In this document: piece by piece, positions 50,200 to 60,836 of the stretch
Layout: every line of letters begins with the position of its first letter
Position numbering within the stretch: the stretch's first letter is position 1
Source: an uncultured bacterium
Lineage (GTDB): Bacteria; UBP4; UBA4092
Assembly (NCBI GenBank): GCA_964644695.1
Contig: CAZXWN010000007.1
Location: 26,610-90,609 of the forward strand
DNA: 64,000 nt
Direction of reading: 5' to 3'
Translations under genes and position numbers: made by a program
Notes under the pieces: generated by a model
What the model saw: the letters and a program-made list of their open reading frames with translations, nothing else
Database searches by the model: none
What the model was told of the DNA's origin: nothing

Positions 50200-50487
50200 A
50201 TGGCAGTAGATATTAAACATGTTGAACATATCGCCCAACTGGGGCGGCTCCATTTGTCAGATGCTGAAAAAGAATCCCTGACCCGGGACTTAAACAACAT
50301 TCTGACTTATGTCGATAAAATCAGCGAACTGGATACTTCTAATGTCCAGCCAACGTCTCACATGTTACCCTTGAAAAATGTGGTCCGGGCAGACGAAGCA
50401 AAACCCTCTCCGGGTCCAGAAGTAATGTTGGCCAATGCCCCTGAACGGGTGGATTCCTTCTTTAAGGTTCCAGCGATTATCGAGTAG
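50200..50487 (+). CDS. gatC: Asp-tRNA(Asn)/Glu-tRNA(Gln) amidotransferase subunit C
   Basis: 95 aa, MAVDIKHVEHIAQLGRLHLSDAEKESLTRDLNNILTYVDKI matches GatC. Confidence 0.85.
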   Translation: MAVDIKHVEHIAQLGRLHLSDAEKESLTRDLNNILTYVDKISELDTSNVQPTSHMLPLKNVVRADEAKPSPGPEVMLANAPERVDSFFKVPAIIE

Positions 50488-50512
50488 TTTTCGCATTAAA
50501 CCAAAAAATTAT

Positions 50513-50556
50513 CGGGCTTAACACCAGGCGAACTTCTTATTGGAAAATCGCCTGGT
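50513..50556 (+). terminator. rho-independent terminator after gatC
   Basis: CCAGGCGA ... TCGCCTGG stem with a long loop, followed by TTTTATTTTTT. Confidence 0.5.
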
Positions 50557-50802
50557 TTTATTTTTTACCGAATCATTCCTTGTACTCATCTGATTCTGAA
50601 TTATCTTTATCCTCTGACATTCCTTTTTGTCTTTTTATCCGTGTCTCCCCCAACACCCTTTTTAAGTCACATTAAAATCGTTTCCGGCTTATAAATTTTG
50701 TTCGGCAACTTCCTCCCAATAACGAACCAGAAACGAATCAGCTACGGACCCACTCCGAGCAGCTCCGTGAGTGATCCCATACCATTTTCATACTCACTCC
50801 CA

Positions 50803-50840
50803 AATAAAAAAGCGGTATCTACCGTTAAGTAGATACCGCT
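50803..50840 (-). terminator. orphan minus-strand terminator-like hairpin in a 480-nt non-coding region
   Basis: AGCGGTATCTAC-cgttaa-GTAGATACCGCT with a T-run (TTTTTTATTTGG) on the minus strand. No minus-strand CDS upstream of it. Confidence 0.4.
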
Positions 50841-51066
50841 TTCGCATGGCCTAATCTGTTTTTACTAACCTGCCATATATCACATCTTCAATATGTTAAC
50901 TGCCGCCTTTTGGGTAATTCTGATTTGATAAAACAGCGCATTTGAGTTATTCTTGAGCTGTTTGTGTGTAGGAAAAGATAATGGTGTTGTTTTGAAAACA
51001 GCCATTAAATTCAGAGACACTCTGAATGGGATCATGGGTCAGAGGGTCCATTGGGGAGCATAAAAA

Positions 51067-52887
51067 ATGAATCAGAAAAAAAACAAATGGTTTCCAGAAT
51101 CCATTACTACTCTCATCATTCAGGAAGGGAAACGCCAGAAAAACGCACTCATCGTTTACTTCATTCTGATTCTTATTGCATACGCCTGGATTTATATCGA
51201 GCCTGCTATGGCACGGTATTCTATACCCACATTAATTTTCTCTTTTATTTATGCTCCATGGGTTGCCTGGGGGTTTAGGGTTGAGACTCAATCATCAGAA
51301 GATAAGGATGATTGTTTACTCATCCATAAATGGATAGTAAGTTTATTTTATTTGTTTGTGGCCTTCGTGTTTATGCGAACCTTGATGATAGGTTTGGCGC
51401 TTTCCTATGATTTGCCTGTCAGCATCTTAGCGAGTGTGAATATCTTGGGATTTGTTTCGGGCCTCGCCCTATTTACCGGAACAGCTATCTTTAGGCTGAT
51501 TTCATCTACTCAAAGGATACGACCCATATTGATTGGACTGGCCTCGCTTCTAATTGAAGGTCTTATCGTGGGTTTCTGTGTATTAAATCAATATGATAAT
51601 GTCTTCCATTGGATTGTAGTAATGGGTCTCGGTTTTCTGGCAGTAACCTTAGTTTCTATAGGTTGTGTTCTGTGGGCATCTCGATACCCATGGAAAAAGT
51701 CATTTATTCTGATTGGAGTTGGAATCCTTTTGTCAGGTTCTTTCTTCCTTTCAGGAACAATGATTCAATACCAACCAGACTCCATTACCATCCATACCCT
51801 TCCTTTCCCGTGGGATAGCAGACTCTCTCTCCATAACCCTAAAGCATGGAATGGGCATCTCTATGTAAAAACTCTGACTCCACATCCTGTCCGGGAGTTG
51901 TATTATCAGATAGACAATCCAGATGATGAAAATTCACCGATAGTCCCTATCACCGCCCGAATCAAAAAGGAAAACAACCTGCTTTATCTTGCCTCCAATC
52001 AGATTGAGGATGGCATCTTATTCACATACCAGAGTCATAGTTCTATATTCCAGATTGAATCCTGGGACCTTAATAAGATGGTATCCGCTTCTCCTGTTGC
52101 CCCCCAAATACAGGGAAAGACATACTCAATGATAACGATTGATAAGGCCCTGCAACCCACCCTTTTAATCCGTACTACCTTCAACAATCCCTTCGGATAT
52201 GAAAACCTTTTCATGTACCGAACCAGAGAAGATCGGTACAGTTATTTCGGATCTGATAAAACAAAGGAACAAAACACAGTCCTTTATTCTTTTGGATTTA
52301 GACCATCCGATTTCTCTATAAATCACATTTCAGCCATCACAACGGCTGCCTTGCAGTGGATTCGAGGGATAGACACAATCAATGGAAAATACAGTCTTGG
52401 GATAACTACGACGCCTAACAAAAATAGAGAATACTTGACCCTCTTTGATTCGGCTGATTCCAAAAACCTGATACCCATCAAGACACTACCCGATGTGAAG
52501 ACATTTTATACGATTCAGAATGGGTATCTCTATGCACTGGGAACGAAATATGTTCTGGAAGTGTATGACCTCCGAACCTTACCGGAAATAAAACATGCCG
52601 CCACATTGTCTGTACCATGGCCTAATTCTTCCTCATTGGTTCTCAATGTACAGCATATCTATTTCGATAAAGATAAAAATATCATTCTGATATTCACCCG
52701 AGACAATGCCTTTGTGGTAGATGTTCAAAACCCCGAAAAGCCTAAACTTATCAAGCAAGTCCAGGGTTTAGACCCCAAGGATAAGGATGCCCACTTCGTA
52801 GCTGATTTATCTGCCCATAAGTTCTACTTCTTGCATGAAGAGGGGTTAAATCAACTTCGAGTGTACTCCTATTCGTACACAAGATAA
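51067..52887 (+). CDS. hypothetical membrane protein with C-terminal beta-propeller-like soluble domain
   Basis: N-terminal half with about 7 TM helices, C-terminal about 350 aa soluble region. 606 aa. Confidence 0.45.
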   Translation: MNQKKNKWFPESITTLIIQEGKRQKNALIVYFILILIAYAWIYIEPAMARYSIPTLIFSFIYAPWVAWGFRVETQSSEDKDDCLLIHKWIVSLFYLFVAFVFMRTLMIGLALSYDLPVSILASVNILGFVSGLALFTGTAIFRLISSTQRIRPILIGLASLLIEGLIVGFCVLNQYDNVFHWIVVMGLGFLAVTLVSIGCVLWASRYPWKKSFILIGVGILLSGSFFLSGTMIQYQPDSITIHTLPFPWDSRLSLHNPKAWNGHLYVKTLTPHPVRELYYQIDNPDDENSPIVPITARIKKENNLLYLASNQIEDGILFTYQSHSSIFQIESWDLNKMVSASPVAPQIQGKTYSMITIDKALQPTLLIRTTFNNPFGYENLFMYRTREDRYSYFGSDKTKEQNTVLYSFGFRPSDFSINHISAITTAALQWIRGIDTINGKYSLGITTTPNKNREYLTLFDSADSKNLIPIKTLPDVKTFYTIQNGYLYALGTKYVLEVYDLRTLPEIKHAATLSVPWPNSSSLVLNVQHIYFDKDKNIILIFTRDNAFVVDVQNPEKPKLIKQVQGLDPKDKDAHFVADLSAHKFYFLHEEGLNQLRVYSYSYTR

Positions 52888-53039
52888 TTTTGGGATTAAT
52901 TTAATTGACAGCAAATCCTTCTCAGCGTTAAATGAATTTGGGAGGCAGATTATGGGATGACCTGACTTTTTCAGGTTGTTAATCTGTCGCCAGTCAAATT
53001 CAAAATGTGGGTTTTTATTATCTGAGGAGGGTCAGATTA

Positions 53040-56000
53040 TGAATCGCGCACGGCTGTTGTCATTTTCCCTTTTGTTCATACTATTAACACTTCTTTCTCC
53101 GATGATGTTGAGCTCTAAGAGTCTTCTTATCAATGAAAATATCCCCTTATCGTTTGCACCATCCAGAGAGGGAACCGGATTTGAAGTAAAAACTCCCGGA
53201 ATCCAGTACTACCTGATTCCAGGAGAGATTCAAATCGGGATTAATCCGGAGGTAAGTCTGAGGAAAATCTTTTCTGGCGCAAACCCAACATCAATCCTGA
53301 CAGGTGAAAATCCAACTCAGGGAAAAATTAATTATTTCATAGGTCCAGATAAGACCCAGTGGAAATCCGGGCTCCCACTTTATAACTCCGTTCGCTATTC
53401 GGACCTGTATCCAGGTATCGACTTGGTCTGTCGCGGTACGCAGAAACATTTGGAGTATGATTTGATTATCTCTCCTGGTTCCTCACCAGACCTGATTCAG
53501 TTCTTATATTCAAATGCAGATAAGATACAAATTAATCGGCAGGGAGAATTATCTATTTCCACCAAAGCGGGAGTCCTGACAGAGAAAGCACCGCGGGCAT
53601 GGCAGGAGATATCCGGGACCCAGGTTCCTGTTAAATGTTCTTTCCATAAAACCACAAATAAACTTATCTCATTCAAACTTGGAAAATATAACAAAAACTA
53701 TCCCGTCATAATTGATCCTGTTATTTATGGGACTTATCTGGGAGGCAGTGGTTGGGATAAATGTGCCAGCGTCGCAACGGATTCAGCGGGGAATATTTAT
53801 GTCCTCACAAACACGCAGTCCATGGATTTCCCCCTGGGATCTCAATCGCTGTTTACAACTTACTATCTGGCGAGAAGTTATGTGGTAGCTAAAATAGATG
53901 CCGCCCGAACCCAGATATTACTGACGGTGGCAATCGGCAATAGTGATGGATGTTCGGGCCGGGGAATCGGCATAGATTCTTCCGGGTCGATTTATATTGC
54001 GGGGGAAACCTATGACGGATATCCTGTCACTTCCAATGGATATGACACAACGCATAATGGGAATCTGGATGCCTTTGTAACTAAAATCCATTCATCCGGC
54101 ACCACGATTATCTATTCTACTTATCTGGGCGGCATTAATGCCGATTGGGTCAAAGGGCTGGCCGTGTGGCCAGACGGGTCGGCTGCTATTGGAGGATACA
54201 CCGGATCTGGAGATTTACCCACCACACCTGGTACCATTTCCACAACCTACCAGGGGGGATCAAATGATGGATATGTCGCTAAATTCCTGCCCAATGGCTC
54301 GCTCTACTTTATGACTTATCTCGGAGGATATGCGAATGACCAGGTCTCCGCTCTCACACCGGACAAAGAGGATGAGTCCCTCTTTGTAACAGGCTATACC
54401 TATTCAACAACTTTCCCCGTTACAGCCGGTGTAGTTAAGCAAACGTACAACGGCGGAGGTGCAGAAGCATTTATTACCAAGTTAAACTATAACGGAACAA
54501 ACATGGGATTCTCCACCTTCCTGGGTGGAACAGATTCAGAATTTCCCCAATGTATCAATACCAATAATCATCTCATTTATGTTGCAGGGGAGACCTATTC
54601 TACGGATTATCCCCTCACGGCAGGCGCCGTAGATTCAACAGGAGATGCAGCCAGCTTTGACGGATTTGTAACAGTCCTGAATAACGCTGCGACAGGATAT
54701 GTGTATTCCACCTATCTGGGAGGAACAGCGACGGATGTTATTTATGGCGTTGCCGGAGATTTCTATGGACATATATATCTTGGTGGATACACAGAATCCA
54801 ATAACTTCCCGTTGACAACCAACGCCTGGGACACAGTGTACGGAGTACAATCTCGAACCTTTATGACTGTGATAAATCCCAACACCGGAAAGAAGCTTTT
54901 TTCCTCCTATGTCGGAGGCAATTATCGAGATGAACTCCAGGCCATGGCTTTTGTTTCACCGGCAGTCATTTATTTAGTGGGCGGCGGTTCACTTCAGTCT
55001 TTCCCCATCACAAGTGGTGCCGTGGATACACTGACAGGTAATCTCGAAGGTTTTCTGCTGGGTCTTAATGTGATGAATGATGTTGGTTATACCCTCACGG
55101 GTGACTTCAGTGCAGATACAACCATTGGAATCAATACTCTTGATGTTCAATTCACAACCAGTATCCCAGGATATTCTGTCCTATATGAGTGGGACTTCGG
55201 TGATGGAGATACAACAACCGGAATAGATCCAGTAAAATCCTATAAAGAGCCCGGAATCTATACTGTTCGCTTAATTGTCAGCAACAATTACTCCACACTG
55301 ACAGTTACTAAACCGAATTATATCCGAGTCTTGTCCGAAGATACCATCCAGCTGCCTGCAGTCAAAATGATATTGAAAGAAGATGATATAAAAAACCTTT
55401 ATTGCCTGTCTGATTATGTTGAAGACTCGACTTATGATTGGGCAATACTCAAGAACTATAATGACCTCACAAAACTGGGACGAGATACCGTATCACAGAG
55501 TTCTCAAGACGCTGCAGCAACAGCCCAAAATGTCTTTGAGATGTGGAGTTCAACGAAATACTATACGGGACTTAATTCCGTAAAGTTCTCTACATATCGA
55601 ATCAAGAAACTTCCAGACCTGGTCATTAATCCAGAGAGAACCCTCTACTTTAATATGGATGGATATGTCAGTGACCTGTCAGGAATTAATATTCCAGAGT
55701 CCTTTGCGAGTGACAGTTCACTCATCTATGATGATTCTGTCATCGGAGCCACTTGGGCTGATAAAAATCTGATTGGCATCAAAGTACCCGATACAGTAAC
55801 GGGTGACACCAAGACAACATTGGATGTGATTGCTTCCACGTCTGAGCTTCCAAACTATTGGCCTAATGCAGATATGGAACGGTTCAGAGTCTTTGGAAAT
55901 CGTTTCCCGATTGGAGTTTTCAATACAGCCAGCACTCTCTACAATGAATATGGATTGGAACTCTTGCCTGGATTAACCGGCCTTCCCCAGATAAGCTATG

Positions 56001-56971
56001 TTGCATCGACTACGGACCTGGGCGGAGTGTCCAGTGATAATGTTTACTTGTTCAACATCAACTCCACAACTCAGGGAATTAAACTCACACCCAAATTCAG
56101 TAACATGCTGCCTTATTTGAAGGATGAGTGGTATATCGCTCGGATGAAAGTGTGTTCTCTGACTCCTGGTAATAATTTTGAGGCGCATCTATTCCATATT
56201 AATGGCTTGATACCTGGCAGCCCTGATATCGACTTGACGGCAAATATCCATTTCGGGATATCAACTAACTGGACCTTTATTGATGCCCCACTTTATACCC
56301 ATTCCACAGGGATTGGGTACCCTCAGATTATTTTCAAAACGGGGACCTCAACCGGAACAATCGCGCTGGGTGAAATCCAAATCTACAAAGCAGCACCCCT
56401 TCTAATGACAACCCGGGCTCATCCAGACCTTCATTATCCCGCCCGGACTTTCAGTAGTATGTCGTTACTGGGCTGGGGCTGGTCCACTACAGAAGGGACA
56501 GTTCAGTTTGGCATTATGAGTTCAAAATTCCACCTGTCCTTCATGAACTTTGACGTAGCAACCTCTGGTGTTCAAGTCGGAATGAAGCTGACTGCTCGAG
56601 GTGGTGGACCGGGAGTCTATACGCCACAAAGTAATCCGGGAGCACAGGTTGGAATGAAAGCGGATGTCAGTAAGATGTTTGGAAATTTCACCACCTATGG
56701 TTCCCTGGTCCTAATGGCCTGTTATGGAGTACCTACCAGTGGGAGTTATGATTTCTGGAGTCCGGGAGGACAGTTACTGGCCTCCGCCCAGTTCGGGAAT
56801 ATTACCTTAGACCGACATTATGTTGTCGGAACATCCAGGAATCCCTATCATCAATTCCAATTCATGGGGATGCATAACAGTCTTGGGATTTTGGAGTTTG
56901 GGGATGTAGACTTCCTGCGAGATAACGATGACCCGTACTTTGGAGATCCCGGTTTAATTCCCCTACCATAA
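53040..56971 (+). CDS. large secreted protein with SBBP-type beta-propeller repeats and a PKD domain
   Basis: Repeated ..STYLGG..D.. units (SBBP/PF06739-like, more than 8 copies) and YEWDFGDGDTTTG PKD signature. Start set at MNRARLL plus signal peptide. Confidence 0.55.
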
Positions 56972-57038
56972 CAGCAGAACATCATTATCAAGTTTGAGAG
57001 GGCCTCGGTTCCGAGACCCTCTTATTTTAATCATCGGA

Positions 57039-58484
57039 TTACTTCTTTTTGAATCCTTCAAATACAGACAAGGCACGCTGCCGCGCTTCTGCATGATCCA
57101 CGATGGGATAAGGATAGTTTTTCCCCAGCTCAACCCCCGACTCAAATAATGTAAGGTGCGGCGCTTCCCAAGGTGTGTGGATATACTGATGCGGTACATC
57201 TGTTAATTCAGGCACATATTTCCGGATATAGTCACCGGTCGGGTCAAACTTCTTACCCTGTAAACTTGGATTAAAGATTCTAAAGTATGGCGCAGCATCT
57301 GCACCACAGCCAGCCGCCCACTGCCAACCTAATGTATTGCACGCCAGGTCTGCATCCACCAGGGTGTCCCAAAACCAACGGGACCCTTCGGTCCAGGGAA
57401 TCATTAAATCCTTCACCAGGAAAGAAGCGACAATCATCCGAACCCGATTATGCATCCATCCTGTCGTCCATAACTGACGCATTCCGGCATCAACAATAGG
57501 ATATCCCGTCAGTCCATAGTTCCATAACCGCAGATCCGTATAATCATCCGTCCATGGAAATTGGGAATATTGTTCACGAAGGGGTTGTTCTGGAGTTTTA
57601 GGAAAATGAAACAGCAGGTGATAACCAAACTCACGCCACCCTAATTCTCTCAACCATTCTTCGGAGCCTTTGATAATTCCGGGTCGAGGATCCATGAGTT
57701 CCAGAGAACGACAGGCATACCAGAGTCTCCGGGGTGAGATTTCCCCGAAGTGCAAATACGGACTCAACCGACTGGTGAGATCTTTAGCTGGATAATCACG
57801 GCCTTCATAATAATGCCGAAGGATATCTTTCAGGAAATAATCCATCCGCTGCCGTGCCGCATCTTCTCCAGGAATCCAACTCTTTGCTAATCCTTTATCC
57901 CAGTGAGAATGAGGCGTTATCTTTAATTCTTCTAACGGAAGTGAGCCTAATCCATCGGGTAATGGGGGCAGCTTCTCAGGTGCGGAAACAGGTTCCGGGG
58001 GAGGCGATAAACTTAGACATTTATTCCAAAAAGGAGTGAATACCTGATATGGAGTTTTGTCCTCTTTTACCGTTCGCCAAGGTTCAAATAATAAACTCCC
58101 ATTATATGATTCAGCACAGATTGCGGAGGCTTCCAGTTCTGATGTTAATTCAATGTCCCTTTGAAGAACAGCGGGTTCATATAACCGGTTCCAATAAACA
58201 AATTTTGCACCGAATTGACGGGCCAGTTGAATAATTAACGCCGCAGACCGACCCCGTTTGATGACCAACATGGATCCCCGCTGCCGAAGGTTTTCGTCAA
58301 GGACTTGAAGGGAATGGTGCAGCCACCATCGGGAAGCTCCTCCAAGCGGCCAGGAACCGCCTTCTTCCGGAGACCAGATATAAAGAGGAATGACCTGCTC
58401 CGCATCCTGAATAGCGGCTAACAAAGCAGGGTTATCATCCAACCGCAGGTCCTGACGAAACCAGACAATAACTGTCTTTTTCAT
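57039..58484 (-). CDS. phrB: deoxyribodipyrimidine photolyase / cryptochrome family protein
   Basis: N-terminal photolyase alpha/beta domain (IVWFRQDLRLDDNPAL) and FAD-binding C-terminal domain motifs. 481 aa. Confidence 0.9.
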   Translation of the reverse strand: MKKTVIVWFRQDLRLDDNPALLAAIQDAEQVIPLYIWSPEEGGSWPLGGASRWWLHHSLQVLDENLRQRGSMLVIKRGRSAALIIQLARQFGAKFVYWNRLYEPAVLQRDIELTSELEASAICAESYNGSLLFEPWRTVKEDKTPYQVFTPFWNKCLSLSPPPEPVSAPEKLPPLPDGLGSLPLEELKITPHSHWDKGLAKSWIPGEDAARQRMDYFLKDILRHYYEGRDYPAKDLTSRLSPYLHFGEISPRRLWYACRSLELMDPRPGIIKGSEEWLRELGWREFGYHLLFHFPKTPEQPLREQYSQFPWTDDYTDLRLWNYGLTGYPIVDAGMRQLWTTGWMHNRVRMIVASFLVKDLMIPWTEGSRWFWDTLVDADLACNTLGWQWAAGCGADAAPYFRIFNPSLQGKKFDPTGDYIRKYVPELTDVPHQYIHTPWEAPHLTLFESGVELGKNYPYPIVDHAEARQRALSVFEGFKKK

Positions 58485-58820
58485 AAGACCGCTCCTCTCT
58501 CCCGGTTAATAGACTCTTGATTCACCGGGGCTCCTATCTCTAATCTACACCGAACAGGATATTTTGTCTTCCAGAGGAAACCAACTTCAAAACACATTGA
58601 TAAAAATAGAGAAAGAAGTCCCGGTTCGGCATTGCCCCAGCAGGATGTCGGGGTGGATTATCCCCCTTCTCTAATCAACTGAATCCGGGAGCCGAACCGG
58701 GATATTTCATTGTTTACTATATAAAACCCTGAATTTCATTTTCGAGTTCCCTTTCATCTAATTCTATAAATAGTAATATGATAGATAGTAGGTTATAAAG
58801 AGCGTCCTGGAGGAATAGAT

Positions 58821-59414
58821 ATGCTAAAAAAACTCACTCAGTATTTTTTCAATGGTTTATTACTAGTGGCCCCCGTTGCCATAACTTGTTACATTGTTAT
58901 TCTGGCATTCACCACAATCGATAAGACCCTGAGTTTTCCAATTCCAGGAGTGGGATACAAGATACCAGGGTTAGGAATTCTTATTACTATCATTCTGATT
59001 ACCCTGTTAGGATTTTTTGCCACAAATTATCTAACCAAACGAATCGTACGGAGTGTAGATAACCTGTTTGCCCGACTCCCCTTCACAAAACTTATTTATA
59101 CTTCCATTAGGGATTTGATTGGAGCTTTTGTCGGGGATAAAAAAAGTTTTGATGTTCCAGTGATGATTCAGTTGTTTGATAACAGCCCGGCCCTGGTCTT
59201 AGGATTTATCACTCAAAAGGATACAGATTTTCTGGGACTTCCCGGCCATGTAGCAGTTTACCTGCCCCAGTCCTACAATTTTGCCGGGCAATTAGTCATT
59301 ATTCCCAGCGACAAAGTCAAAAAAGTGGATATAAACAGTTCTGAAGTGATGGCACTGATTGTATCAGGCGGAACTAAACGGATGACAAATCCAGAGGAAG
59401 GTAAAACGGAATAG
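58821..59414 (+). CDS. DUF502-family membrane protein
   Basis: Two N-terminal TM helices plus a conserved soluble domain. 197 aa. Confidence 0.5.
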   Translation: MLKKLTQYFFNGLLLVAPVAITCYIVILAFTTIDKTLSFPIPGVGYKIPGLGILITIILITLLGFFATNYLTKRIVRSVDNLFARLPFTKLIYTSIRDLIGAFVGDKKSFDVPVMIQLFDNSPALVLGFITQKDTDFLGLPGHVAVYLPQSYNFAGQLVIIPSDKVKKVDINSSEVMALIVSGGTKRMTNPEEGKTE

Positions 59415-59515
59415 CCCCGGAAACCACCCGGTGTCAGTTATAATTAATATCTGACAGTTAACTGGTCCGGAACACCCGGATTCCAGTTTTTAGACCCTTG
59501 TAAAGGAACTCCGAC

Positions 59516-60580
59516 ATGGAACCCATCACTTACAAATCCGCCGGGGTGGATATTGCGGCTAAGACTTCCACCATCGGCCGGCTAAAAGAGTTAACCCGCT
59601 CCACATTTACTCCCGGCGTAATGTCGGACATCGGATTATTTGGTGGAATGTTCTCCACTCAGGAATTTTCCAAGACCATGACACACCCGGTACTGGTCAG
59701 TTCCGTTGACGGCGTGGGAACGAAACTCAAAATTGCATTCCAGCTAAACAAACACAACACCGTAGGAATAGATATCGTCAGCCATTGTGTGGACGACATT
59801 CTGGTACAGGGTGCCCGTCCATTATTCTTCATGGACTATATCGCCACAGGTAAATTGGAACCCCAGGTCATTGTCGATATTGTGGAGGGGTTATCCACCG
59901 GGTGCCGGAACGGAGGCTGTGCCCTTATCGGCGGAGAAACAGCCGAAATGCCGGGATTCTATCCCGAAGGTGAATATGACCTTGCCGGGTTCATTGTCGG
60001 CGTAGTTGATAAAGAAAAAGTCATTGACGGGAAAACAATCACTCCGGGTGATGTTTGTCTGGGACTGGCATCATCCGGGCTTCACACCAACGGATATTCA
60101 CTGGCTCGGAAAATCCTGTTTGACCATGACGGATATACCGTGAATTCAGTAGTTGAATCTCTCGGTCGGTCTGCCGGTGAAGAACTCCTGGAACCCCACC
60201 GTTGTTATGCAAAACCTGTTTTATCCGTATTAGATAAGTATCCACAAGAACCGGGGCAAGCTCCCATCATCAAGGGAATGGCTCATCTGACCGGAGGTGG
60301 ATTCTATGACAACATTCCAAGAATCCTTCCCGATAATGTCGATGTTCAGATTCAGTCTGGAACATGGCCGGTACTTCCCATATTTGAATTACTCCAGAAA
60401 GACGGTCAGGTTCCTTTTGAGGAAATGCATCACGTCTTTAATATGGGAATAGGACTGGTCGTCATCGTCTCTCCAGAAAATGCAGATAAGGTTGCCTCTG
60501 ACTTGGCCGCCGCTGGTGAAAAAGTTTATCGGATCGGGCAAGTTGTCTCCGGTACGAAGAAAGCTACCGTATTGAAATAA
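59516..60580 (+). CDS. purM: phosphoribosylformylglycinamidine cyclo-ligase (AIR synthetase)
   Basis: MEPITYKSAGVDIAAK N-terminus and PurM N/C domains. 354 aa. Confidence 0.95.
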   Translation: MEPITYKSAGVDIAAKTSTIGRLKELTRSTFTPGVMSDIGLFGGMFSTQEFSKTMTHPVLVSSVDGVGTKLKIAFQLNKHNTVGIDIVSHCVDDILVQGARPLFFMDYIATGKLEPQVIVDIVEGLSTGCRNGGCALIGGETAEMPGFYPEGEYDLAGFIVGVVDKEKVIDGKTITPGDVCLGLASSGLHTNGYSLARKILFDHDGYTVNSVVESLGRSAGEELLEPHRCYAKPVLSVLDKYPQEPGQAPIIKGMAHLTGGGFYDNIPRILPDNVDVQIQSGTWPVLPIFELLQKDGQVPFEEMHHVFNMGIGLVVIVSPENADKVASDLAAAGEKVYRIGQVVSGTKKATVLK

Positions 60581-60767
60581 ACTATCCTGAATAGAAACAA
60601 CTGACCGCTGGAACCGACAGGTTTCGGCGGTTTTATTTTGTCCTATATTTCTGATTTGATTGTCAAAAAACATTCTGGCACTCTGGCCAGCAATGAAACT
60701 ATGTTCCCATAACTAAAACAGCAGGGGTGTCCACCTGTTGGGAACAGAGGCAACACCCCCATAGAAA

Positions 60768-60809
60768 GAAAATAAAAAAACAGGGGGTAGGTACGAAACC
60801 TAACCCCTG
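60768..60809 (-). terminator. rho-independent terminator of the first repeat-protein gene
   Basis: CAGGGGGTAGGT-acgaa-ACCTAACCCCTG followed on the minus strand by a T-run. Duplicated at 62397 to 62434. Confidence 0.7.
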
Positions 60810-60836
60810 CTAAAACCAGCCAGTTCTATGTTTTAT

